Below, piece after piece: positions 19,703 through 29,770 of a stretch of 64,000 nucleotides of DNA (the first letter of the stretch is position 1; the number at the start of each line of letters is the position of its first letter). The notes under the pieces were generated by a model that was not told the DNA's origin, did no database searches, and worked only from the letters and a program-made list of their open reading frames with translations. Made by a program: the position numbers and the translations under genes. This DNA comes from an uncultured Bacilli bacterium. Its GTDB lineage: Bacteria > Bacillota_I > Bacilli_A > RF39 > UBA660. The stretch is taken from NCBI GenBank assembly GCA_944364015.1, contig CALVVX010000001.1, positions 6,357 through 70,356 of the forward strand, given 5' to 3'.

Positions 19703-20554
19703 ATGATGAGAAGAAAAATATTAATACCATTGCTAATACTTATATTACTAGTATTAATTGCCACTATAGCATATGGAATATATTATAATAATAAAAACAA
19801 TAACGATATATTAAATGCTAGTATAAAATGGGCAAAAGATTTAGATCGATTATATAATGAAACAACAATCGGTACTTTATATCATTATGGATATATAAAA
19901 GATAATAAAACACTTTTACTAAAGAAAAATAGAGATTGTCAAGTAATAGAAATATATCAAGATAAAGCAAATTTTAAAGAAGAAGAAAATTGTAACTTAA
20001 ATGAAGAATTAAAAAAAGTACCAATAATACAAATAAAAATGACAAATGTATCAGATAATACAGAATATAGAGAAAATACATGGACTTCTTCTGATGTAAA
20101 AGTAGATGTATACTTTAAAAACAATCAAGCTCCTATTAATATAAGTAATATGTATATAACACTTAATTCACAACCAATAATAACAGAAAACTTAATTATA
20201 AAAGCAGATGAGAATAAAATTGATACATATACTATAAATTTAGTATTAGAAGATGGATCAATATATACTAAAAACTTTGAAATATTAATAGATACAACTG
20301 CTCCTACTTATATAAATGCTGATATGTCTAATAATGATTTTGATGCTATTTTTGAAGATAATGAAAGCGGTGTAGAAAAAATACTATATTATGTATCAGA
20401 TCAAGAAACACCACCATCAAATTTAGAACAATTCCTACCAAAAGAACAATTAGAACTACTAACAGGAATAACATATAATATTTGGGCAGTTGGAGTTAAT
20501 CAAGCAGGTGTTTATTCAGACATAACATATATTGGACAATATAATAAGAATTAA
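19703..20554 (+). CDS. Membrane-anchored hypothetical protein, paralog of 16365..17240
   Basis: See the paralog entry; conserved blocks are visible by eye. Confidence 0.5.
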   Translation: MMRRKILIPLLILILLVLIATIAYGIYYNNKNNNDILNASIKWAKDLDRLYNETTIGTLYHYGYIKDNKTLLLKKNRDCQVIEIYQDKANFKEEENCNLNEELKKVPIIQIKMTNVSDNTEYRENTWTSSDVKVDVYFKNNQAPINISNMYITLNSQPIITENLIIKADENKIDTYTINLVLEDGSIYTKNFEILIDTTAPTYINADMSNNDFDAIFEDNESGVEKILYYVSDQETPPSNLEQFLPKEQLELLTGITYNIWAVGVNQAGVYSDITYIGQYNKN

Positions 20555-20621
20555 ATTAATACTTGTAAAATAAAAGAAAATATAGTATCATTAAATAAGA
20601 AAGTATGAAAAGAGGGATAAG

Positions 20622-21761
20622 ATGGAACCAGGAAAAGAAGTTATAAAAATAAGTTTAAATAGCATTATTCCAAATAGATTTCAACCTAGAATATCATTTG
20701 ATGAAGAAGCTTTAAATGAATTAGCAAGTTCAATAAAGACATATGGAATATTACAACCATTAATATTAAGACCTCTAGGAGATAAATATGAAATAATTGC
20801 AGGAGAAAGAAGATATAAAGCTGCAACTATCGCAGGTTTAAGTGAAGTACCAGCTATATTAGTTAACCTAGATGATCAAACAAGTGCAGAACTAGCGATA
20901 ATAGAAAATATACAAAGAAAAGATTTAACCGCAATAGAAGAAGCAAAATCATATAAAAAATTATTAGATTTAGGTAATTATACTCAAGAACAATTAGCGG
21001 CAAAAATGGGAAAAAATCAATCAACAATAGCAAATAAACTACGTCTTTTAACATTATTACCAGAAACTCAAGATGCACTAATGAATAATTCAATATCAGA
21101 AAGACATGCTAGGAGTTTATTACAATTAAAAGACGAACCAGGAAAACAAAGAGAAGTATTAAATCGCATTATAAAAGAAAGATTAACAGTAAAAGATACA
21201 GATGAGTTAATAAAAAATATGATAGGAGAAAAAGATATGAATGAATTTAATCAAAATAGTAACTTAAATCCGCAACCAATGAACTTTAATAACTATGAAA
21301 CTGATAGCTTTGATTTAAACACTTTAAATGATCCAAATTTAACAATACCTACTAACCCACTGCCAAACCAAATATCTAAACCAACAACTAATACAACATT
21401 TGATTTTAGTAGTAGTTTTATACCAAACACTAATACTCAAACTACTACACCAAACTTTGATAGTTTATTAAAAGTAGAAGAACCACCAGTAGTAGAACCA
21501 CCAAAAGCTCCAACAGTTCAAATTGAAAAATCACCAGCCCCTAATCAATATTTTCCATCACTTGAAGAAAAACCTGCTAATATGAACTTTGGACAAGCGT
21601 TTTCTAATCCTATACAAAATAATTCAATTAATATTATGACTGCTATTGATAATACAAAACAATTAATTAGAAACCTTGAATCAGAAGGATATAAAGTTGA
21701 GACAAATGAATTAGATTTACCAGATAGTTATCAAATAACAATAAAAATAAAGAAAAACTAG
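20622..21761 (+). CDS. parB: ParB/Spo0J/Noc-family partition protein with a long low-complexity C-terminal tail
   Basis: N-terminal ParB box (ISLNSIIPNRFQPRISFDEEALNELASSIKTYGILQPLILRP..YEIIAGERRYKAA) and an HTH region. The C-terminal roughly 170 aa are N/P/T/Q-rich. There is no adjacent parA. Confidence 0.75.
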   Translation: MEPGKEVIKISLNSIIPNRFQPRISFDEEALNELASSIKTYGILQPLILRPLGDKYEIIAGERRYKAATIAGLSEVPAILVNLDDQTSAELAIIENIQRKDLTAIEEAKSYKKLLDLGNYTQEQLAAKMGKNQSTIANKLRLLTLLPETQDALMNNSISERHARSLLQLKDEPGKQREVLNRIIKERLTVKDTDELIKNMIGEKDMNEFNQNSNLNPQPMNFNNYETDSFDLNTLNDPNLTIPTNPLPNQISKPTTNTTFDFSSSFIPNTNTQTTTPNFDSLLKVEEPPVVEPPKAPTVQIEKSPAPNQYFPSLEEKPANMNFGQAFSNPIQNNSINIMTAIDNTKQLIRNLESEGYKVETNELDLPDSYQITIKIKKN

Positions 21762-21773
21762 CATCTGCTAGTT

Positions 21774-22421
21774 TTATTCATATAAAAATCTATAATGACC
21801 AGTAATTCCTCTTTTATTATACCATTCAATTAAATTATCATCTTCCATTTTACTATCACTAGATAAACTAATCAAATACGCAATACCATCTTTATTTCTA
21901 TAATCAGAAATAATACCAATGTGATTAGATCCAAAAGCTACAATATCACCAGGCATCCACTTATCTATCTCATACGGATCGTTTGTTAATACTAAACAGT
22001 GCCTTTCAAAGAAAACTTTTAAATTTGCAACACGGCGAAAATCAATATTAGTATCACTTTTCCCTTCAAGATGTGGATATTTATCAATATTATTTTTAAT
22101 ATCTTCATCAATTAATGATTTTAAATCATATCCTGCATTTTTTAAACTTCTCCAAATCAAATCAGTGGCAACTCCTTCTCCATCTGGAGGATATCCACCT
22201 TCATAATAAGTACTTTTATATTTAATTTTTTTATCAGCCTCTTTTTTAGCACCTTCTAAAATATCTGAATAATCATCAATACCATCATTATCAAAATCTA
22301 TCTCACTTTTAATAATTTCTATTCCAAAATCTTTAGCACTATATTTTTTAGAAGGAAAATTAAAAAAGAAAAAAAGCCCAACAATAATTAATAAAAATAC
22401 AAAAATTAACCATTTTCTCAT
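21774..22421 (-). CDS. DUF1287-family protein, membrane-anchored
   Basis: Pattern YPPDGEGVATDLIWRSL...IGIISD recalled as DUF1287-like. N-terminal TM segment. Confidence 0.4.
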   Translation of the reverse strand: MRKWLIFVFLLIIVGLFFFFNFPSKKYSAKDFGIEIIKSEIDFDNDGIDDYSDILEGAKKEADKKIKYKSTYYEGGYPPDGEGVATDLIWRSLKNAGYDLKSLIDEDIKNNIDKYPHLEGKSDTNIDFRRVANLKVFFERHCLVLTNDPYEIDKWMPGDIVAFGSNHIGIISDYRNKDGIAYLISLSSDSKMEDDNLIEWYNKRGITGHYRFLYE

Positions 22422-22473
22422 CTAATCACCTTATAAAAAGTATAACATTAAAACTAGCTAAAAGCAACTAAAG

Positions 22474-24432
22474 TTATTCTTTATTTTCCTTAAATACAGC
22501 ATCTAAATCTGGTTTAGTTTGATTAATATAAGGCTCTGTTCCCTTTATAAAATAAAACAATTTTTTCTTTTTATCATCTTCATTAGCGATTTTACCAGTA
22601 ATAGGATTAACTAAAACACCAACAACATTATCAGGAATATCATACCAATTAGCTTCTTTATCTTTAAAATAATTCTCAATAGTCTCTATCCATATTTCTT
22701 TATGATATTTATTATCATCTTCCCCTAAAGCTCTATTATCATCATATCCATTCCATATACCAACAACTACATCTTTATTATATCCCATAATCCACAAATC
22801 AGTATTAGTAGTACCCGATTTAATTGCATATTTATTTGTAATACGAGGCAATAAACTAATAACAGTAGGATAATTATAATCAATAAAAGCACTATCATAA
22901 GTATAAGTTAACATTTCATTTAAAATAAAAGCAATACTAGAATTTAAAACATTTTCTTGATTATCTTTAAACTCATATAAAACGTTTCCCCTACTATCTT
23001 CGACTTTTCTAATAAAATGCCCCTCTACCTTATTACCTAAATTAGCAAAAGAAGAATATCCGACCATCATATCCATTAAACTAATCTCCTCGGTACCTAA
23101 AGCTAAAGATGGAATAGGTTGTAGTTGCTGAGTTATTCCTACCCTATTTGCCATATCTACAAGCATATCTTCTCCTAAAAACAAATTAGTTTTAACCGCA
23201 TAAATATTATCAGAATACGCAATTGCCGCTCCCATAGAAATAGGACCATCAGCATATTTATCATTATAATTTTTTGGAGTGTAAGTCTCATCATTAGAAA
23301 AAGTAAAAGTTGTTTTTTCACTAGTAAAACTAGATGCTGAAGTAAATCCACTTTCTAAAGCTAAATAATACAAAAATGGCTTCATTGTAGATCCTACTTG
23401 TCTTTTAGAATTAACTGCTCGATTAAACTGTGAAATAGAATAATCTTTTCCCCCAACAATAGCTAATACTGAACCATCATTAGGATCCATCATCATTCCT
23501 GCAACTTCAATTTCATTACTATTTTGCATTTGATTCTTAACAGCGTTCTCTAAACTTTCTTGAGCAACTTTATCTAAAGTAGTATAAATCTTTAATCCGC
23601 CTGTTTCAATTAAAGAACTAGGAATTTCTGCTATATTTTCAAGCTCATTAATAACAGCATCTCGAAAGTAAAATAAATAATCAAGATTATCATCATATAG
23701 TTTTCCAATATAATTTAATTTAGTATTATAAGCTAAATCAGCTTCTTCTTTAGTAATGATTTTATTTCTAACCATTAAATTAAGAACAGTATATTGCCTT
23801 TTTTTAGCTAAATCTTCATTAACTAAAGGCGAATAATTAGAAGGAGATTGAGGAATTCCCACTAACATACTAGCTTCTGCTAAATTCAAATCACTAGCGC
23901 TCTTACCAAAATAATAATGAGCGGCATTTTCAATACCAAAAACACCACCATAATTAATAGTATTTAAGTATCCTTCTAGTATCTCATCTTTAGAATAATG
24001 AGTTTCTAATTCTAAAGCAAGCATTGCTTCATCAATTTTTCTAGCCCAAGTTTTTTCAAAATTTAAAAACAAATTTCTTGCATATTGTTGTGTAATTGTA
24101 GAAGCTCCTTCTTTCATATCTCCACTTGCTATATTATTAGCCATAGCTTTAACAATTCTAAAATAATCAAAACCAAAATGTTTATAAAAATATTTATCTT
24201 CAGTACTTAAAGTAGCACTAATAACATAATTACTAACATTATCTAAACTAATCCAATCTTTATCATTGTCTAAAAAAGCCTCATCATTTTTATCATACAA
24301 ATAATAAGATTGTGCTTTATTAATCTCTGGTTTTGGAGTAAATAGACAATAAAAATATAAACCAACATGTATGGCTACAAAAATTAGAAATGATACTAAT
24401 AAAATTTTTACTATTTTTTTTATAATATTCAC
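22474..24432 (-). CDS. Class A penicillin-binding protein (bifunctional transglycosylase/transpeptidase)
   Basis: GT51 motifs (EDKYFYKHFGFD, GASTITQQYARNLFL) and a transpeptidase domain with an SxxK-type motif. N-terminal TM anchor. Confidence 0.8.
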   Translation of the reverse strand: MNIIKKIVKILLVSFLIFVAIHVGLYFYCLFTPKPEINKAQSYYLYDKNDEAFLDNDKDWISLDNVSNYVISATLSTEDKYFYKHFGFDYFRIVKAMANNIASGDMKEGASTITQQYARNLFLNFEKTWARKIDEAMLALELETHYSKDEILEGYLNTINYGGVFGIENAAHYYFGKSASDLNLAEASMLVGIPQSPSNYSPLVNEDLAKKRQYTVLNLMVRNKIITKEEADLAYNTKLNYIGKLYDDNLDYLFYFRDAVINELENIAEIPSSLIETGGLKIYTTLDKVAQESLENAVKNQMQNSNEIEVAGMMMDPNDGSVLAIVGGKDYSISQFNRAVNSKRQVGSTMKPFLYYLALESGFTSASSFTSEKTTFTFSNDETYTPKNYNDKYADGPISMGAAIAYSDNIYAVKTNLFLGEDMLVDMANRVGITQQLQPIPSLALGTEEISLMDMMVGYSSFANLGNKVEGHFIRKVEDSRGNVLYEFKDNQENVLNSSIAFILNEMLTYTYDSAFIDYNYPTVISLLPRITNKYAIKSGTTNTDLWIMGYNKDVVVGIWNGYDDNRALGEDDNKYHKEIWIETIENYFKDKEANWYDIPDNVVGVLVNPITGKIANEDDKKKKLFYFIKGTEPYINQTKPDLDAVFKENKE

Positions 24433-24672
24433 TTTATCACCTTAATTTCATATAAAATATACTTTACTTGTCATCTATAATTATGTTTTGCAAAAAAATT
24501 AAAAATATAAGTTTTATTTTTATAAATATTATGGTATAATCTCTAGTGAATTTAGTTTGGTGGTGAAAATATAAAAGTAAGAATAAAAGGTTATATAAAA
24601 TCAAATAATGAAAACGAATTTAAAAATATAGAATTAATTGGTATAAAAAATAATAATCAAATTCAATATATA

Positions 24673-24945
24673 ATGGAAAATATATATCATAAAATTAAAA
24701 TAGATAATGGAAAAATTATAATAACTAAAGAAAATGATGAATTTTCAAATACTATGATATTTTCATTAAAAGAAACAACAATATCAAAATATTATTTAAA
24801 GCAACATGATGTTTTAATAGATATTAATATATACACTAAACTATTAGAATATACAAATAATAAAATAAAAATTGTCTATGAAGTAATTGAATCAAATGAA
24901 ACACATGAATTTCAAATAGAAATGGAGAATAGAAATGAGTATTAA
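24673..24945 (+). CDS. DUF1934-family small protein (YwiB-like) upstream of argS
   Basis: A roughly 90-aa protein translationally coupled to argS, as ywiB-argS is in Bacillus. An extended -10 element TGGTATAAT lies at about 24532-24540. Confidence 0.4.
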   Translation: MENIYHKIKIDNGKIIITKENDEFSNTMIFSLKETTISKYYLKQHDVLIDINIYTKLLEYTNNKIKIVYEVIESNETHEFQIEMENRNEY

Positions 24946-26551
24946 AAACGAATTAGAGTTAATAATAAAAAATGCTATTAATAAATTAAATATAGAAGAA
25001 GAAATATTAATAGAAGTTCCTAAAAACAAAGAAAATGGAGATTATTCTACAAATATAGCTTTAAAACTTAATAAAAAGTTAAAAGATAATCCAGTTAATA
25101 TAGCTAATATTATTGTAAATAATATAGATAAGAAAAATATTATAAAAAATATTGAAATAGTAAATCCTGGTTTTATTAATTTTTATATTGATGATGAATA
25201 TTTAATAATTAAATTAAAAGAAATAATAGATAAAAAAAATAATTTTGGAAAATCTAATTATGGAAAAAATAAAAAAATAAATCTAGAATATGTAAGTGCA
25301 AATCCTACAGGATTACTTCACATAGGACATTGTCGTGGTGCAACATATGGGGATAATTTAGCTAGAATATTAAGTTTTATAGGTTATGATGTAACAAGAG
25401 AATATTATGTAAATGATGCTGGTAATCAGATGAATAATTTAGCTATATCTATTAAAGAAAGATATAAAGAATTATGTGGTTATAAAGCAAATATACCAAA
25501 AGATGGATATCAAGGTAAAGAAATAATCACTTTAGCTCAAAAAATATACGATGAATATCAAGATACAAAATTAGAAGAAGATAATGAATTTTTCAAACAA
25601 AAAGGACTAGATCAATTATTAAATAAAATAAAAAAAGATCTAGATACATATAGAACTAATTTTGATATATTTACAAGTGAACAAAGTCTATATTATACTG
25701 GTAAAGTAGATATTGTATTAAATAGGCTAAAAAACAGCAATAAATGCTATATAAAAGATAATGCATTATGGCTAAAAACAACAGACTATAATGATGAGAA
25801 AGATAGAGTATTAATAAAAAGTGATGGAAGTTATACATATTTCTTACCAGATATTGCATATCATATGGATAAATATAGTAGAAATTATGATGAATTAGTA
25901 GATGTATTAGGATCAGATCATCATGGCTATATAAATAGATTAAAAGCTGCGATTGAGATACTTAATGAAGATTCAAGTAAACTAGATATAAAGATATTAC
26001 AAATGGTAAGATTAATAAAAGATAATGAAGAAGTAAAACTAAGTAAAAGAACAGGAAAAACACTAACTTTAATTGACTTAATAGATGAAGTAGGAATAAA
26101 TGCTACTAGATACTTTTTCTCATCTAAAAGTCTAGATACTCAAATGGACTTTGATCTAGATTTAGCAACAAAAGAAAGTAATGAAAATCCAATTTACTAC
26201 ATAGAATATGCAAATGCAAGAATAAGTTCTATTTTGACTAAATATCATAAATTTAATGATAAAATAGAAAAATATAATAACATAAATACACAAGATACAT
26301 ATATTATTTTAAAGAAACTATGTGAATTTGAAGATATAGTCATTAGTGCTGGTAAAAACAAATTACCACATTTAATAGCTAATTACACATATGAATTAGC
26401 AAGTTTATTCCATTCATATTATGCAAAAAACAAAATAATAACAGATAATGAAGAAGAAACACAAGAAAAATTAATATTAATAAAAGCAATAAAAATAGTT
26501 TTAAATAATGCTTTAGATTTAATTGGAATAATACCAAGAGAACAAATGTAG
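24935..26551 (+). CDS. argS: Arginine--tRNA ligase
   Basis: Class I HIGH region (PTGLLHIGHCRG), KMSKS-like motif (LSKRTGK) and an N-terminal Arg-tRNA-binding domain. Confidence 0.93.
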   Translation: MSIKNELELIIKNAINKLNIEEEILIEVPKNKENGDYSTNIALKLNKKLKDNPVNIANIIVNNIDKKNIIKNIEIVNPGFINFYIDDEYLIIKLKEIIDKKNNFGKSNYGKNKKINLEYVSANPTGLLHIGHCRGATYGDNLARILSFIGYDVTREYYVNDAGNQMNNLAISIKERYKELCGYKANIPKDGYQGKEIITLAQKIYDEYQDTKLEEDNEFFKQKGLDQLLNKIKKDLDTYRTNFDIFTSEQSLYYTGKVDIVLNRLKNSNKCYIKDNALWLKTTDYNDEKDRVLIKSDGSYTYFLPDIAYHMDKYSRNYDELVDVLGSDHHGYINRLKAAIEILNEDSSKLDIKILQMVRLIKDNEEVKLSKRTGKTLTLIDLIDEVGINATRYFFSSKSLDTQMDFDLDLATKESNENPIYYIEYANARISSILTKYHKFNDKIEKYNNINTQDTYIILKKLCEFEDIVISAGKNKLPHLIANYTYELASLFHSYYAKNKIITDNEEETQEKLILIKAIKIVLNNALDLIGIIPREQM

Positions 26552-26562
26552 GAGGAATTAAA

Positions 26563-26997
26563 ATGTTAAAAAAAATGAGTAAAGAAGAATTAGAATTATT
26601 ATCATATACTAAAATTGCACAATTATATTTAGAAGAAAGTAAAACTACCCTATCAACTGCAGACTTATTTAAAGAAGTATGCAAACTACTAGACTTAGGG
26701 GAGATAGAATATCAAAGACAATTACCAGATTTCTTTCAATCATTAACTACTTCTAAAGAGTTTATTTTACTAAACGATGGGAAATGGGATTTAAAATCTA
26801 ATCATTCAGTAAAAATAAATATTGATGAAATATACGAAGAAAAAGATGAAGAAATTTCAGAAGATGAAAATGACAATGGAATACCAGATGATTTAGAAGA
26901 TGAAGAATATGATGAAATGATTGAAGATGATTATGATGATGATAGTGATGATCTAGCGGATTTAACAATATTAGATGATGAAGAAATAGAAAGGTAA
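26563..26997 (+). CDS. rpoE: DNA-directed RNA polymerase delta subunit
   Basis: N-terminal HARE-HTH-like domain (SKEELELLSYTKIAQLYLEE...FILLNDGKWDLKS) followed by a long D/E-rich acidic tail, the hallmark of Firmicute RpoE. Confidence 0.7.
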   Translation: MLKKMSKEELELLSYTKIAQLYLEESKTTLSTADLFKEVCKLLDLGEIEYQRQLPDFFQSLTTSKEFILLNDGKWDLKSNHSVKINIDEIYEEKDEEISEDENDNGIPDDLEDEEYDEMIEDDYDDDSDDLADLTILDDEEIER

Positions 26998-27054
26998 CTT
27001 TCTTTTTTTTGTACTATAAAAAAAATTATCTCATATAAATTATTAGGTGATCAT

Positions 27055-27978
27055 ATGCCAAATAAAATAAAAATAGGAATACCTAAAGCATTTTTATATT
27101 ACAGATACCATATTCTATGGGAAAATTATTTAAAAAAAATAAACCTTGAACCAATAATAAGTATCGATACAAATAAAGAAATAATAGAACTAGGAAAAAA
27201 ATATTCAATAGATGAATCATGTTTATCATCTAAAATATATATGGGACATGTAGCTTATTTAAAAGATAAATGTGATTATATATTAGTACCTAGAATATCA
27301 GATTATGGTAAAAATGAAAAAGTATGTGTAAAATTTAATGGATTATATGATATTGTAAAAAACACCTTTAAAAACATTAATTTAATAGACTATAATATAG
27401 AAAAAACAAAACATAAAACAGAATTTATTGGATTAATAAAACTAGGTTTAAAATTTAATAAAAATATATTTAAGTTGATTTTAGCATATAAATATGCTAA
27501 AAGAAAAGAAAAAATATATTATAATAGAATAATTTATCATCAAAAACAAGCACTAAAGAGTAAAAAGAAAAAAATATTAATTGTTTCACATCCATATAAT
27601 ATATATGATAAATATATTGGAATACCAATTACTAATTTTTTAAAAAGTATGGATATAGAAGTATTATATGCAGACAGATTAGATAGAAAAAAAGCTATTA
27701 AAAATTCATATAAGTTATCTAAAAGTTTATATTGGAATTATTCCAGAGAATTAATTGGAGCAATAGAATATTATAAAAACAAAATAAAAGGAATAATATT
27801 TATAACAGCATTTCCATGTGGACCAGACTCTTTAGTAAATGAATTACTTATTAGAAAAATAAAAAATATCCCTATGATAAACATATTAATAGATGAATCA
27901 AGTTCTAAAGTAGGATTACATACTAGATTAGAAAGTTTTATAGATATTATTAATCAAAAGGAGCCAACAGATGAATAG
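27055..27978 (+). CDS. 2-hydroxyacyl-CoA dehydratase component-like protein (HgdB/BcrB-like family), paralog 1
   Basis: Paralogous to the next gene (shared ELGxKYSxDxxC and FxCxPxxxxxxL blocks) with a conserved Cys pattern. Family assignment is from memory of Cys-motif proteins and is weak. Confidence 0.3.
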   Translation: MPNKIKIGIPKAFLYYRYHILWENYLKKINLEPIISIDTNKEIIELGKKYSIDESCLSSKIYMGHVAYLKDKCDYILVPRISDYGKNEKVCVKFNGLYDIVKNTFKNINLIDYNIEKTKHKTEFIGLIKLGLKFNKNIFKLILAYKYAKRKEKIYYNRIIYHQKQALKSKKKKILIVSHPYNIYDKYIGIPITNFLKSMDIEVLYADRLDRKKAIKNSYKLSKSLYWNYSRELIGAIEYYKNKIKGIIFITAFPCGPDSLVNELLIRKIKNIPMINILIDESSSKVGLHTRLESFIDIINQKEPTDE

Positions 27979-29047
27979 TAAAATAACATTTCCTCATATA
28001 GGAAACTATTATATTCCAATTTATTATTTAATAAGTAATATTTGCCACTGCGAAGTAATAGTACCACCTCCTATTACAAGAAAAACAATAGAATTAGGCA
28101 GTAAATATAGTCCTGATTATGTATGTGTACCATTTAAATATAATTTAGGTAATTTCATAGAAAGTATTGAAAAAGGAGCAAATATAATATTACAAGCAGG
28201 AGGAGGTTGTAGATATGGTTATTATGCAGAATTACAAGAACAAATATTAAAAGATTTAGATTATGATATAAAATTTATAAATTTTATTGAAAATAATAGT
28301 ATTTCAATAAAAAAAGTATATAAATTTGCTAAAAATATTAATCCAAAATTAAACAAAATAAAATTTTATTATTATCTTATAAATGCTATATTAATGATAA
28401 TAATTATGGATAAATTAGGTAAATACAATAGAGAAAATATTGGATTTGCTCAAAATTATAAAGAATTTGAACAAATAGAGAAAAAAATGTTAAATGAATT
28501 AAAAAACAAAATAAATATAATTAATTTAATAAAAATATATTTTAAATATAAAAAACAATATTTAAGTATAAAAATAAACAAACCAAAAAATTGTCTAAAA
28601 GTAGGAATAGTTGGAGAACTATACTCGATTATGGAACCGTTTTCTAGTTGTTATATTGAAAAGAAATTAGCTCAAAAACATATTGAAGTAAAAAGATTTA
28701 CTACCATTACTTATTTATTATTACAAAAAAAACATAACATATCTAAATTATTAAAAAAAGGGAAAAAATATTTAAAATATCATCTTGGTGCTGATGGCAC
28801 TGAAAGTGTTGTATTATCAGAAGAACTAGCAAAAGCAAAATATGATGGAATAATTCATATAAAAAGCTTTGGTTGCACTCCTGAAATAAATGCTATGCCT
28901 GCACTTGCAAGAATATCAGAGGATTATCATATTCCTATAATTTATTTTAGTTTCGATTCACAAGACAACACCGTGGGAGTAGATACTAGATTAGAAGCTT
29001 TTTATGATATGATATTAGCAAAGAAAGAAAAAAATAAATTAAAATAA
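27971..29047 (+). CDS. 2-hydroxyacyl-CoA dehydratase component-like protein, paralog 2
   Basis: Translationally coupled to paralog 1. Cys motifs CHC, VCVPFKY, GGGCRYG and FGCTPEI. SD AAGGAG. Confidence 0.3.
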   Translation: MNSKITFPHIGNYYIPIYYLISNICHCEVIVPPPITRKTIELGSKYSPDYVCVPFKYNLGNFIESIEKGANIILQAGGGCRYGYYAELQEQILKDLDYDIKFINFIENNSISIKKVYKFAKNINPKLNKIKFYYYLINAILMIIIMDKLGKYNRENIGFAQNYKEFEQIEKKMLNELKNKINIINLIKIYFKYKKQYLSIKINKPKNCLKVGIVGELYSIMEPFSSCYIEKKLAQKHIEVKRFTTITYLLLQKKHNISKLLKKGKKYLKYHLGADGTESVVLSEELAKAKYDGIIHIKSFGCTPEINAMPALARISEDYHIPIIYFSFDSQDNTVGVDTRLEAFYDMILAKKEKNKLK

Positions 29048-29110
29048 AATTTATTTTTTTAATTGTATCTTAAAAAAATATGATATAATATATAAGTAAG
29101 TGGTGATATT

Positions 29111-29770
29111 ATGAGTGAACTTATTTTATGTTTAATATTATTAATAATATTTACACTAATATTTTTTGCCTATAAGTATTTAGATAAATTAGGTCTAAAA
29201 TTATTATTAGTATTATTAACAATATTATCATTTATAATGTCTTTTAAAATTGGTACTTTTTTTGGAATAAATGTAAATATTAATGTTATACCATATACTT
29301 TAATATTTGTCTTAGTATATATTTTACTAGAAAAACATAGTTTAAAAGAATTAAAAACAGATATATTTTTAAGCATAATAACCTCTATATTTACTACAAT
29401 TATATTTTTAATATTTATTTTATATATTCAAAATGTAAATGATCCAAATATTATAAATATAAATTATTTAATAAATTTATTACCACTTTTAAGTATTTTT
29501 ATAATATTACCAATATCTATATTATTAAGTATAAAGATATATAATTATTTTAATAAAATAAATGAAAATAAAAATGTTAATATTATAATGTGTACAATTA
29601 TTGTATCATTATTAGATAGTATAATTTATGCTATTGCATCTTATTTTCTAGTATTAAATATTAATCAAATTATTAATATAGCTCTTGCTAATTATTTATT
29701 TAAACTAATAATAATTATTATATCACTGCCTTTTATTATGTTTATGGCTAAAAAGAAGGTGATATCGTGA
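29111..29770 (+). CDS. Integral membrane protein (about 6 TM), tandem paralog A, possible vitamin/queuosine-precursor transporter family
   Basis: Hydrophobicity pattern. Similar in size and topology to the next gene. Family assignment is speculative. Confidence 0.35.
   Translation: MSELILCLILLIIFTLIFFAYKYLDKLGLKLLLVLLTILSFIMSFKIGTFFGINVNINVIPYTLIFVLVYILLEKHSLKELKTDIFLSIITSIFTTIIFLIFILYIQNVNDPNIININYLINLLPLLSIFIILPISILLSIKIYNYFNKINENKNVNIIMCTIIVSLLDSIIYAIASYFLVLNINQIINIALANYLFKLIIIIISLPFIMFMAKKKVIS

Noticed and set aside
24433-24672. T-box leader upstream of DUF1934-argS, and likewise upstream of cysS at 40965-41137
   Set aside because: Neither region contains the GGTGGTACCG-like T-box sequence or AGAGA/specifier features. 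Only promoter-like elements were found, including an extended -10 TGGTATAAT at about 24532.
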